Assembly: GCA_012295275.1 (NCBI GenBank)
Contig: CM022665.1
Coordinates: 29,946,001-30,010,000, forward strand
Direction of reading: 5' to 3'
Length of the DNA stretch: 64,000 nucleotides
From: Chrysomallon squamiferum
Taxonomy: Eukaryota; Animalia; Mollusca
Shown here in pieces: positions 25,601-40,318 of the stretch. Position 1 is the stretch's first letter. Every line of letters begins with the position of its first letter. Made by a program: the position numbers and the translations under genes. The notes below the pieces were generated by a model. That model had not been told where the DNA came from. It saw only the letters and a program-made list of their open reading frames with translations, and made no database searches.

Positions 25601-28473
25601 AAGACTATTGATTGTCAAAAAAAAAAAAAGGAAACCAGTAGAATTAAAGTATTAGGAAAATCTAAATATGTTTCTGAATTATTTCTTCTTTTGTAAATAG
25701 TTTTCAAATATTCTTCAGTTTAAGACGGTAAAAATGGTGTTAATAGACAATATTCACATTGATGAAATACTTTTAATACTTTTGGTTTTGGATGATGTTT
25801 ACCTACTTTGCCTTAAAATATGACTTCTTGATTTGTCTGCAGCTTTTATGGTTATAATCACTAATTTCCTTGTCATAAATCATATAGTATATGCCTTTGT
25901 TTGCTGTACAAGTGAAGCCTTGAACTTTTATATATCTGCTTTCTGTCTAGATGTTCTGACAATATGAAATATGGGTTGTTCGTGTTCAAAAGTGGAAAAT
26001 AACTTTAATTAGACATTGTACAAACTGATTAATGACTTGCTTTCTTAAATTACATGTTAAGACTGAATAAAAAGTTGTTTGTTGAATAGGCTGCTTTGAG
26101 CTGCTAACAATTCCTGAAATAAGACATCTAATTTTCAACATGATCATGTACAAATTTCTTTACGTTTTTATGCAAAACTTAAAACTGTCTGATTTTAAAA
26201 TTTGGTACAGGTTTTCTATTAATATAGTTGTATTTACATTCATTTCATTGTCTGTTCTGACATCCCAGTGTGAATAACTTCTCTTAAGTACCATCATGAC
26301 ACATTATTGTGACATATTGCTGGCAAATTACAGACAGCAGAAACTTCATTCATTTAAATCAGTCAAGCATGACTGAAACATAATTAAAGGACACCTGTTG
26401 ACATTTTCCTTTGTTACTTTCGTTCATAGAAAAACTGTTATTAGGTTACCTAGGTATAGTTTTTACTAGCCTAAAGGCAACAGTAATGTTCACTCGCATC
26501 CCGGGATCTTTTGGACTAAAAATGAAGCCAGTTGTCTCCAAATGCTTGAGAAACCTACACATATATCTGTCAGCATGAAAATATTTTAAATTAATGCAAT
26601 CTACTTTGCTACATCTTAAGTGGCATGATATATTCATTGATAAATCTGGAATGTTTACTTCCATTCATGGTAGTTCATGTAACCAAAGATAAAATCAGAT
26701 GCCTTCAAGAAAACAATTTGTATACCAGCTGATACTTCACATATAATTCCTTCTGGAAAACTTTAAAATTAAATGTTAAATGTTAACACAGAGTTTATAA
26801 CAATTTTTTTTTGAGAAAAAAACAGAAAAATGAATAATACATTTTTTTATAATTAGTTTTTTTGAACTTCTTAAAAAAAAAAAAAAAATTAAAATTTTTT
26901 ATTATTATTATTATTTTTATTTATATATATATTTTTTTTCATTTACAACAGTTGTGTTACATTACTAACAAAAATAAACCTATTTCAGAATTGCTGATGT
27001 CATTAGCTGGTCTCAGGTAGTTAAAATTAGAATAAACGTCATATTGAAGTATTGTGATTTATATAGAATTGTTTTGTTGTTAACAGATAATACATATGTA
27101 TTTATTTATTTTATTTTATTTTTCTAAATATTATTCTTTTATGTCATTTTTACACTTTAAAAATAAGATATATAAAAGATAAAAGAATGTTTTTAAAGAG
27201 TACTGACATGTGTATGAATGGGAACATGCTGAACTCATCTATCTAAAGGTCAAGAGATCACCTATAGTTGAATTTACCTGTCTCCTCTTTTCACCAGCTT
27301 CTTTCTCCATCTTGTCAGCACTGAAAGGGTTTGTTATTTGTTTTTTTTCCTTTGTTCAAACCTTTTTCTTCTGTTTTCCTGAATACTTAAATATGAAATA
27401 TAATAATAAAATAAAAAAATCCATGTTACTTGTGTACAACTACTACTGCTACAATAATTACTGTTAGATGTTTAATTTTTTATTATTATTGTTGTTGCTA
27501 CTACTGGTTCTTTGAACATTGGATGTATCTAAATTATGTATAAGATAATTTATTATTTTTTAAAAATCTTTTTGATGATGAACAGTTGAATTTTAAAATT
27601 TATAATTTTGTTAATGATTATGTAGAATGTCTCACGGATTATTACTAGTAAGGAAAAGGAATATCAGAAAGACATACAATTTTTGGGAGATAAAGTTTAG
27701 TACTTTATATATTACAAAAAGTTCTGTTATTTATCTTTTGGTTAGATCTTTAATAATGTTACCAAATAGATTTATCTTTTACCACGCTAATTAAAATGAA
27801 CAGAAAACTCTTGATTATTTTTCTAATGTCTCCAATGATCTATGTTACTTATGTAATTAATTTTTGTAATTATTTGTACTCTGTTTGTACTTATAATACA
27901 TTTTTATCAGAACATATATGCATGCATGTTCTTTATTGTAACATCAACCTCAATACATGAGAACAGCTTTTGACATTTTGAAGATATTTATGAAGTGAAG
28001 ATTAACTGGTGTTATATTGCTTTTCAAATACCATGTTGTAATAACAACCACATATTCAAATGATTCATCATCTGCCTTCTCATAACCAGTACAATACATT
28101 TGGGACAAGCCAAAATTAGTCACTTTTGTACCTGATTAACAGATATAATTGTTCCTAGTTTCATATTGCACATTATCATCTGTCTGTAAAACAAATGAGA
28201 CGTGTTTTGTTTTGTTTGTAGGAAACAGCTTTACTTAGTATAGTCAAATGTACTGTTACTTTAGCTGTTTTACCTCAGTCCCTTTTATTTATGCCTTAAA
28301 GCACTTAAGATTTATTTACAGTTTATCTATTTGAACAGCATAAATAATTTTTTTTTAGTGTAACTTGTAAACTGAGTAGTTTATTAAGAGGCTGTGCTGT
28401 TACTTTTTATTAATTGAATGTTTGGTAAAACATTTTTCAAAATTAAAAATGCATTAAGTATTGAGTGTTTATT

Positions 28474-28474
<1 letters not shown>

Positions 28475-28553
<79 letters not shown>

Positions 28554-28560
28554 CGTTGTT
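28475..28560. repeat. (GTT)n microsatellite
   Basis: Direct reading. Confidence 0.95.
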
Positions 28561-30938
28561 TTAGCTAATTCTTAAACATGTTAAACAATAATAAAGAAAA
28601 AAAAAAAAATTTAAATTTTATTATTGAACATTGTGTAATAGGAGTTCCTTTTTTCTGTCCAGAATCAAACATGCAAAACAAAATGAACAGTGTATTTTAT
28701 TTTTAAAATATTTAAACAGATTTAAAGGCAGTTTTTAACCATATGTTAACACATTTTACAATGTGTATATTAAATATGCTTCCAAGTTGCCAAGAAATAA
28801 TAAACAAGATGAATGATAACCTTTGAAGCTCTTTCATATCTATACTCATTTAATTTGGGTGTGGGCCTTAACTATTTATTAATTCTGATTGTAGAAGACA
28901 GAACATGCATTTTAGTCAGTGTTGTAAATAAAATGTTAACAACAAGTTAATCTTACTACACAATTAATATAGAATGTTAACAATAAAAAAATCCATTGTT
29001 AATATATATATATATGCTAAAGTGTCTGTATATTTTATTTAAAGTTTATCTCTGATGCTGAAAACATATGGCCTAAAAATATTTTGTATTGTTTATGTTG
29101 TTTTATTTGAAGTTATTACCAATCTTTGCTAATCATTAAGTTTAACAATAATTGTAACAACCTAATAAGGATATGTGAAGGCAGACTAATTTAACAGTAA
29201 TGTGTAAGTATGTAAAATGTGTTGAACATTTGTTATTTAACATTATTTAATATTATTATTATTATTATTATTATTTATTTATTTACTTACTTATTAAAAT
29301 GTTACTAGTATTTCTGAATGAGAAAATTCCAGGCTGTTACAGGTCTGAATGAAATCTCTAAGCATTGTGATATTTCACACTGAGAATGTATGTGACTAAA
29401 TGTGTGTACTTTGAATACAGTCACATTCCTTGTGTGTTTACCATGACTACTGTTGTGAAAGCATGAAGCTTTCGAAAACCGATCTGTTAACAAAGTGGTG
29501 TAAAATACAATAGAATACACATTTAACATCCAGCTGGAAGGAATATATTAACTTAATAAAGAAAAATTAAGGTTCTGGTCTAACTGTAATTAAATAACTA
29601 TAAAATAATTCTTGATTAATGAAATCTATGCTTAAACTGTGAAATTTGTCTTCATAATTGATTTGTAATTATGTTTCAAAGTTTGTTTTCAAATCATTTC
29701 TCAAAGAAATCAATTAAGAATATGTGACAGACAGCCTTTAACACTTTTGTTATTATTATTTTTTTTTTTTCTGTCTTTTTTTATTTTTTCCTTTCATTAT
29801 TGTTTACATTGTTTGTTTTGTTTTGTTTTCCTTTTAGTTTTCCACCATTGGTTCACAATATTAACATCATTAAAGCTGATAACATAAATATCTGAGATCA
29901 AAAATAAAGCAAAAACTTTTTCTTAGTATAATGATATTATACATTTATCATGTAAATATTTATGTTATCTGTTTTATTGTTAGTGTTCTCATATTATCTG
30001 GACAAAAATACACTGAAAGGAATATTGCCATGGTTGATAAATTTACTGGGATCTGGACAATGCTAAAAATGTGCCCCTATGAATGTATTAACAGTGACTG
30101 GTCACTCTTTGGTATTATTTCTAGCTCTTTGCATATGACCTCCTACAGCTGTCACAGCATTATTATTACTGTAAAAGCTAAAGAAGTGGAAAATCTTGAA
30201 ATTTGTGATTCTATGCACATATAAAAGCACAGCTTAGTTTGTATTATCTGTAGTGGTCGGCCATGCAACAAAGCCGTTTCTCAAAATGTATCAGTACCTA
30301 AATTCGGAATTGCTGGAATGAATAATTATGCAATGAGAACCTTTGAAGGCAAGAATATGTCAGTGATGTTAGTGGCATCATTTTAAGTATTTTGTTTTAG
30401 CTAAGAACATACACCTTGTGCTAAACGGTGCAACAACATAAACACAGGATAACAGGTATAATGTTTTCCCAGTGGCTGAACATGTCTATTTTGTTTAATG
30501 TTCTGATGCTTAGAACAACTTTGCAAATGCTAAACATAATCACTGCTTCAAATGTTCTGGTTAACAGGTTAGAATGCATGCTCCATTAACTTTTTTTGCA
30601 AGGAATATGAATTACTTGCATGTTGTTTTATGCATGTTTTGTTATTGTTAGCAGAATCAAATAATTTACCAAGCAGGAATACATTATGAGGCTGGAAGGA
30701 AATCTTCAAAATCAAATTTGGCATCTATGAATTTCATTTGATTTGTATATTATCAGTAAATTTGTAACAGATATATCATGGAAAAGTGGGAAAATGTTTA
30801 TATTATATTTATATATTAATATTTTTTATATGTATCTTGTATAAATATATATTCTAACATAAAATAGAAACGAATGTGAATAGTTATATATACAAAATGT
30901 AAAGTAAAGCAGAAAACATTTCATATAAACCACATTTA

Positions 30939-30984
<46 letters not shown>

Positions 30985-33900
30985 GCATGAGGGAAAAGCA
31001 ATTGTGTTTTAAAAAAAAAAAAAAAAAAAAAAAAATCGAACATCTTGTTAACAGTTTGCTGGTGTTTTTGGCTTGTGAAACATTAAGGTATGTTGTAGGA
31101 ATGCAGGTGGGCACACAATGTGCTGTTTTCCAAGCTCCTCCTTGTCTGGACCATGGTAAGGTCGTGAAGTTTATTTGCTATTCCTGTTATGTGAGACATG
31201 GCAGGGCTGCAGGTTAAACAGAGTGCCAGAGGAGGTACATTTGTTTGGGCTGAAAGTTGTTGGTTAATAAGAGTCCAAAGAGGCTGAAGAAACCAAAATT
31301 TAATTTTTCAGTTTTTATTATATGCTTTTATGTGGTAACATTGTTTTGATACTGAAGACTGTAAATGAAAAAAGAAATGTTTCCCGTTTTAATTTTTAAT
31401 TTTATTAAATTGTATTTTATTATTATTTTACATATGTGAGTAGTTGTACATTGTTCATTATTTTTATTTTTTTAATAATTTTTAGAGAAGAATTTCTAAA
31501 TATTTAAATGATTTGTCTTGCAAGTATTTATATCATATATATCTGTAAGGTAAAAAAATTAAATGAATATTTATGAAATACATAACCATTTCCTCAGCTG
31601 ATTTTATTATTAAAAACTTCTAAAAATTAATTTAAAAATGTTTATTCATAAAGTAATATAACTACTTTCAATTTCGTACTGAATTTCCAGTTTTTAAATA
31701 GATTATTATAATTATTATCTTCATTTCATAACATAATGTTGTAATATTATAGTGAGACAGACTGAAAAGTACACATACACAGTAGTATTATACAGCCTTC
31801 AGGCCATATGTCACCTTTTTTCCAGTGTTGGTGACCTGTTTTAGAAAATATCTGACAGGAATTTCTTTTCATTCAGGCAGTTACTTGTCCTGTCAAGCCA
31901 GTCTTGGTTTTGGACATTGTTGTTTTTCTCAGACTTACTGTGGATTATTATCCTATGCTGACAGGAGATTACTGTTCTCTGGCTAGATAATACTATGACT
32001 AGTGCACTATATGCGAGTTCACATTTACTGGGAAACAACAGTGTCAAAACTGTTGTATTCATTAATCAATGAGATGGCTTACTGCTCAATTCATTGTTTT
32101 GTCTCACCACTATCAACATATTGGTTTTCTTCTACTGGCTGATTATGGCAACAACTATGAAAAAAATCAATTGATTGTTTGTCCTTATGTTTTTGATCTG
32201 TGTACATTTCATTAAGCAAATACTTTTAAGTAAGATAGAAATCATTTCAGTTCATTTAATGGCTGATCTCCAGTTATGTATAAATAAATAGGGTTTTCTG
32301 CCAGAGAAAATAATATATATATATATATATATACCAAGTTGGTTAAGTTTCTTTCGACAAGACATAAGTAAAAGAAAACCAGAAAAATGTGCATCACCAG
32401 TCTGGGACTGATATGGATGTCTGACTGACTACTTATTCCTATTATGTTAAATATTTTCAGTTGTGATCTTCTATTTGAAGTAAAATCTGGAACATATTGT
32501 TTTTTAAATGAAAAGCAACTAAAATTAAAATCTAGATGTATATATATATGTATGCCTAGAATTATTTTGGGGTATGTACTTCATGTTTTACTCCTTTTCA
32601 TATATCAAATACACTAAAAGGTGGTTGCTCATTTTTATATTTTGAGAATAGAAAATATGATAGTTACAAAAGTGATTGAAATCATAATAAATACATAACT
32701 TCAAAGATGCTTTTCCTCATGCTGACTACTGGAAAACACATGTCTGAGATTCTGTAGGTTGTATGTAATTTGATGTCAAATGTTACAAATACATCAGTAT
32801 ACCTTTGGTACTTCAGATGGAATGACAGATAACTGTTTTGTATTGATGAACATAACATATGATGCCAGGGGGTATTTATTACAAATATTTTCACCTTGCT
32901 TACACAGAGTATTTTTATGTTGTTGTTTTTTATGGTACTTTTGAAGATTAACATGTTAAATTTATTTTCTTGGTCTATTTTAATAACTGACTTTTAGTAT
33001 TTGTTTTTAAGAAAGTTTCTAGAATAGTTAATAAAAATGGGGTTTTGGGGTGGGTTTTTTTACTGTACAATATATTTTTTCATTATGAACCATCTCTGAC
33101 ACACACTCACACGCAAATGCACATGCACTCCTTGAATTTATAAAATACAGCCTGGTTGTATGGCATGATTATTAATTAATGAAGAGATTTGAACTTGTAA
33201 TTTAATTCAGGAAGTTAAATAATATGTACTATGTTGTACAAAAATAACATTATATATTGGTGATACAATTAATGAGATTAGAATAGTCATAACTGCATTT
33301 CCTATATAATCTTGTATCCAACTTAGACTTTTATATTAGATCTTTATTTTGTTCTAGTCTAAACATTTTGTCATATGATAAGTAAGTTAAAAAGCTGGTG
33401 ATAATAACAGATGTGTCTTTCTTTCTTGCTACATATTCTCACGGGGTACATTATCCAATCTGGTGGACAGTTGCACCACGAATTACTATGAAATTGTATG
33501 TAATCCTATCCAAATCTGACCTACATTCACAGCAACTTACCTGTATTCTATTTATTCGCATATATTAAAAAAAAAAATTTCTTTCATGAGTCATAACAAA
33601 GTTATCTAAATCACTGTGGGGAAAAGAATACAAGTTTCAAGGCTTTGTTGGTAAAATGTACTTACTTGATGTACAACCACAATGTTTATGTAAACTTCAA
33701 CTGAAATGTTTTAAATTTAAATTGTAGATTTGTTTACATTTTTAATTTTCACATATAAGTGTTTTAATATACATGTAAGTACATTCACTTTGATTAATAA
33801 TTCAGAACCAATTTTTGACTCTCTAATTTCTGTTTCTACTTATAAATATAAGATACTTATTGATTTGGATTTCAGTTACAAAATGCATGTACTGAAGATT

Positions 33901-35734
33901 TTAGTTTTGGCTGCAACCATTTTAATTGTAACAGTTAGCTGACAGTTGTACAAAATACTGTCTAAAATAAAGGAGTCTTGTTATACAATTTTAAAACTCC
34001 TCAGTTATCAGCAGATTTTTAAAGTTTTTTATTTCATTTTAATTTGTTTATTTAGACCATAAACATTATTTTTCTTCTAATATTAAAGATATCTATTTTA
34101 AAATATTGTAGGTAATTTCTAGTAACTAATAATCATCTTTGATTATGAATGCAATAAATGTACTATTTATTTTTTAATTCAGTAATATTCTTCTCTTGAT
34201 ATAAATATTAAAATACAGCCATCAGTTACTCAAATAGCTAAAGGTACAAAAATAAGTATTATAATCAATAACATTATATATTAATTGGTCTTCTGTAACA
34301 AACATCCTAGTTTGAGTTTTTATTTATTTATTTATTTATTTTTAATACTAGTAATAAAACAATATTTTATTATATTTTGTTAATAAATTGCTTTTGAAAA
34401 ATCCATATAATCTGTTTAAATTTTCAGGGTATTTACCCTTCATGCCTGTATATTCATTTGTTATCAGTACAGGTGTAGTAAGACAGATGATTAAATTGCT
34501 GGTGAGAACTTGCAGTGAAGGAACGCTGTGTTTGTAACTGATTATTGGCATTCTGTCAGTAGCCATATTACACTCCTAATTTGATGAGACTTAACAACTT
34601 TGACCAGTGAAAGGTGGAAATTACCACTGCTGTCAGTAGTAATCCAGTGGAAATGAGTAAAAAAGCATGTTGTATCTGTCTATCCAGTATTCTTTTTTCA
34701 TTCTCATGTCATTATGAACACAAGTTCTGATTTCATCAGTAAGGTCCTAAATTATGCCTTGTTCTCATTGTCATTCTTAATTTTGAATTGGAGTGAATTT
34801 ACAAAGCAAGAACACACACACAAAGTTTCATTATAGTTGTTATTGTTGGAATTCTGGAACTTGTTTCCATATGAAAATAATTACTTGCTCTCTGAGCTAT
34901 ATTCAAATATACATTAGCATTTTTATTTAATCATTTTTAATCCATTTTTAGATCTTGTCTTCTAATTCATAGTTTATTTTATTATTGTTGTTTTACCACA
35001 GACCATACCTTTAAAAACTCTATAAAATGGTAATCAAAAGATAAGATCAGTCTATAAATACACAGAGACTTTCCATGATTTGTGTAGTTTCATTTGTGCC
35101 AGTGGTAGACCATGTTATCTGCATCTCCAGCTGATAAGAATCATACTGGATTTCATGTGAACCACACACACACAGCTGTGTGATATAATTCTGAAGATAA
35201 CCACCTCACAACAGATGTTATACACATAAACACACAGTCTTTCCAGTTTCTTTTGTCAAACTAAATAATTCAGAAATAAAAATCTATAATTTTTGTGTTA
35301 GTCCCAAAAGAAAAAGTAAGAGTTTTTAATTTTGAAGGTTATTATTTATTTATTTATTATGATTTTTTTTGTGTGGATTTTTTATTATTATTATTATTAT
35401 GACCAAACAGGTAGTCAAGTTTGTTTTAAAATTTATTATTATGATTTTTGTGGTAACAGATCGAATATGATTTATTAGGCTATCAATCAGGATTTTACTA
35501 AAATCAATCCTTTGTGTTTCTGATAGATGTTTTGAATGGAATCTACATTTTCAATCAGTTCTCTGTCACAAATAAATGCTTGAAAAATGTAACTGTAAAA
35601 ACAATTAATATATATATCAGATTGAATGTTTAATTTTTTAAATTTTTAAAATTTTTAATTTTTTGGATACTAGCCATACTTTTCAGTAACCAGTATAGCT
35701 AGACTCATACTAAAATGATTTTATTTATTTTCAG

Positions 35735-36325
35735 ATCAACAAAAACTTCCATTCTGAAGAAGCCACCCTAGCCTAAGGTATAGCAGACTAATGCCATATT
35801 TCCAGGAAAATGTAACTTGATAGCAATTTTGTCTGTTTCTCAATGGATCAGGAGTTAGTGCAGTACAGGTGGACTTCCTTCAGTAGAAGGCTTCAGTATG
35901 CAGAAAATGATTGACATATCTTCACCATGTACACTGGAAGATATTCTGACTGTACTGGCAGAATGCACATCAAGGTAGACTGTGTGCCTTTACTGAAATG
36001 CAAGACTCTAATGTTTTGAAATTGGCTTGATTACATTCAGTACTTTGATACTGTAATATGTCAGCATGAATGAATCAAACCCACTGTGAATTAATCAGTG
36101 TGGCTTCTTACTGGAAGTTATTTTTACTGAATTCTGCAGTAGTTGATAATAGAATAAAATGTTACAAAATTATCTTGCATCACACTTGGAAATGTTTCTG
36201 AATATGGATTACAAAGTGTATGTAGTGCAATACCTAACCATTTGTGCATAAATTTTCATGTAAGAATATAACTTCAGTGCAAGTAATGCTTGCACAGGTA
36301 TTCATTTCAGGAAATTAAGGTGGCA
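35735..36325 (+). other. 5'UTR portion upstream of the SIPA1L start codon (uATG-rich)
   Basis: Acceptor ttatttattttcag| at 35734 is followed by higher-complexity sequence continuous with the coding exon. An internal intron 35975-36310 is possible. Confidence 0.5.
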
Positions 36326-38724
36326 ATGGCCACCAAAAACCAAGGATTTTCCCAGGGATGTTCAGATATTGAAACCGTTAGACAAAGAGCAATGCAAGCT
36401 GTTGAATATTACCAACGTCAGATGGCACCTGCATATTCTGGCAACAAGGGAAACAAACATTCTGGAGATTATGCCAGTGGTAAAAACTACACTGGTTATA
36501 ATTACATGTCCACAGAAGAGGCACTTCATTCAGGTGTAGAACCTGCTTCTTCAAGTAATTTCTACCGTGCAAAAATGAAGGCAGGAATTATTGACATGCG
36601 CAGTTCTATGAGTGAACGAATTGGATCTGGCCGGAGTCGATCCAGAACTTTACAGGGTCTTTACAGTCAGGCTGGTAGGACTAGAACTCAGACATATTCA
36701 GAAAATAAAAATCGACCAAAGCCTGTTCCCCCTCCAAAGCCAGCTCACATGACAAAATCATATGTTACACCATCATCACAAGGTAATTCTAAGGCATTGT
36801 ACCGAAGTAATAGCAATGTGGAAATGGACAGTCTTGAGTTGATAGATGATAAGGATTTGCCTCCAGCTGGGAATATTCACCGAGAGTATGGTAGCACATC
36901 ATCACTTGATATTCTTGGTACTAGTGGTGACAATGACTTCTTTGCAATGCTTAAAGATTTCCAGAATCAAAACCTGGACCAGAGAAGTGCAGCACCCATA
37001 AAACTTAATGAATTGCTTAGAGGCAGAACAGATCCAAAGGACAGTGGCAAGGTTTCCAATGGCACTGTAAATTTTGATAAAGAAAATGAAGAAAACTCAG
37101 ATAGTCCAAAGGTCAAAGCTAAATCCAAGCAGAAAGATAGAAAAACACGAGCCAAATCAATAACAGGTGAAACAAGTGCTGGAATTCTGAAAAAATTACG
37201 TGGTAGTAAACCTGATGCAGACATTACTTCAAAAGTTGAAAGTTTTGATGATGGAAAGTCTGAAGAACGCTGTAGAAGGAAAGCCTTTGCACATTTTGAT
37301 TGCCAAAGTGTTGGAATCAATTTGAATGAGGTTATTCGAAGCAAGCAGAATTCAGGGATTGTAAGAAACACAACAACAGGGGCATCAGCAGCATCATTTA
37401 GTCGCAACAGCTATGCAGGGGATAAGGATGATCCAGATATTATAGCTGGCACTGATGATGGTGATGGAAAATCAAATGATCTGGTGCTCAGCTGTCCTTT
37501 TTTCCGCAATGAAATTGGTGGAGAAGAAGAGCGAATAATTAGCTTGACAAAACAGACCGCTCACAAACGTGTTCATTCTAATGTAGATGCAAATCACAGC
37601 AACCAAACTCACAGTGCAATTTCTTGGTATCGTCACCCACAATGTTGTGGTGTGGCTGTACTGGACTCTTCCCAATCTCCATCTGGTAAAATTCTACCAC
37701 CCCAGGTCTCTCATCGTGGACATATCATAGAATATGTGGATCATGGTGCATTTTATTACAGACATTTCTTTTATAGATATGGTAAGTTCATTCTTGTAAA
37801 TGAATGTTTGTATATTATACTGACTGTAGCCTTCACCAAGTTATTTTTGATAACTGAAACTATTTTAAAACAAATATGAATACCAGATTACCCTTTTTGT
37901 TGTCAAGAAATGATGTATTTATTAATATTATTATTTGCCAAAGTAGATCAAAGTAAGTACATTGTTAAATAAATAAAAAATTAAAAAATAAAAAATATAT
38001 AAATATAGTCATTAATGTAAATAAGGCCTTGACACTGCTGTAGGTTTACAGACTTATACTACAATAATGTGAACTGATTTTAGATATCCTTAAAAACTCA
38101 AACATTTTTATTAATATTTTTTTACCATATAGAATATTGTACATTTATAATAAACAAACATTTTAATAACTTTCCCACTTTACCTGGAACACTTGGGTTT
38201 GTAAATACTTGGAGATATTATGTTTATAGATTTGTTAACATGCTTCCTTTCATTTGGTATATAAAGACTGCAAGGAATAAGCATGAATTTAATGTGTATA
38301 TATCATAGTGTTATGAAATTGTTTTAAAGGATTTAACAGTTAATTAATATCCAAGTCTATCTGCAGACACACACATCTGTTTTTAAGGGTTGTAGGAAAA
38401 AATGGCACCTTATTTATTTTTTCTCTATAGCTGCTCTGATAAAAAAATTTAAAAGTACTTTTGAAAATACTGTTTATTCAAGCAGTATTGTTACATACAT
38501 GTAATATATAGCATCACTCAGCACTTGGTTTTGCTTAACAAAGTACAGCAGTATATCAGAGTTTAATATCACACATATGCACACACACACATACATATAT
38601 GTATGCTTTCACATGTACATAGATAAATAAGTATATTCATACAGATGTACCTAATGTAAATATGCATACCATAGTTAAAATATCCTTTAGAATGATATCA
38701 TTCTGTCAGTTCAAACAGCATAAG

Positions 38725-38769
<45 letters not shown>

Positions 38770-38800
38770 TGTGTATGCATATATTTATATATATATATAA

Positions 38801-38840
<40 letters not shown>

Positions 38841-40251
38841 CTTATTCTATGTTTGAATTGACTGAATGATATCATTCAGGAGGATATTTTAACTATGGTA
38901 TGCATATTTAAATGAGATACGTTTGTATGAACGTACTAGTGCATCTATATACATATGTAAATATACATATATGTGTGTTTGTATATATGTATGTATGTGT
39001 GTGTGTGTGTGTGTATATGTGTAATATTAAACTCTGATATAATACTGTACTTTGTTAAGCAAAACCAAGTAGCTGAGTGATGCTGTATATTAATATACAT
39101 ATATGTAACAAAATTGCATGAATAAACAGTATTTTCAAAAGTAATTTTAATTTTTTTTATCAGAGCAACTATAGAGAAAATATAAATAAGGTGCCATTTT
39201 TTCCAAATCTGCCCAGTGCCATTTTTTCCGTACTTCATTTTTAAGATTGTCTAAGTATCAGTATGCTATCTCTAAAATCATTTTTATTTATTCACAAATA
39301 CAGTCACAGATTTTATAGTTAAATCTAATAATATCCTAAATATAATGAGTTTGTGTGTATGTGTATTGTGTGTGCATACAAAAATATTACATTAACAACA
39401 TTTCTGTTCAAATAAATAACAGGTTTTGAAAATATTTGTTTGAATATTGCAGCACAGCTGAATGAAATGAATGTATTCATAAAGGAAATGATTGATATTT
39501 AATAAAGTAACTGATAAATGTTAATTGCTTCTGGGTATTATTTATGAGATTGTATCAATTTATGTATCAATTTATCTTTCTTGGGTCAAGTAACATTTTC
39601 TGAATGCCATTGTATGCATCATAACATCTGTATTAAAAGACTATATTAATATACCAATACATGTTAAAAATATAAATCATCATCTTTATATCAGAAGTAT
39701 ATTTAAATATACATCATCTCATAAATATCCAAATATTAAATAAATATATATTATTGGCTGCACATCAATATTATTTATTTCAAATGAATATAAAGTCTGA
39801 TTTCATATATACATATAAAACAAATCAGCAAACAATATTATGTCAAGAATTGAGATGCACTGTCTCAAATCACCATATTATATAAGGTAATAGGTTAATT
39901 TAATAAAATAAATATTTGTAGACTGACTTTTCAGGTTCACTTTGTCTGAAAAAGGATTAGTACAGTAGAAGCTTGGTGGTCAAGGGCAGAACACATATTT
40001 TTATCTTGTTTTTCTTTGTACTCTAGGTCTTAAGTCTAACTAATAGGGAACATTTGTCAGATAAGAAACACAAAGATTTCATTTAACTTAGGATGATAAG
40101 GTCACACAGTCCGACATTGTTTTCTTTATTATTTTGTGAAGTTGTTTTCCTCATCTTAAATTTATCTGGTTTAAGAAATAAAAATATTTCATTAAGAAAA
40201 CCTGTTTTGATAGTATTTGTAGATAAAGATATTAAAAGCTATGTTTTTGTT

Positions 40252-40318
<67 letters not shown>

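Noticed and set aside
36378-37675. Minus-strand ORFs (64, 146, 67 aa) overlapping the large SIPA1L exon; also 62168-62446
   Set aside because: Antisense shadows of coding exons with no independent features.
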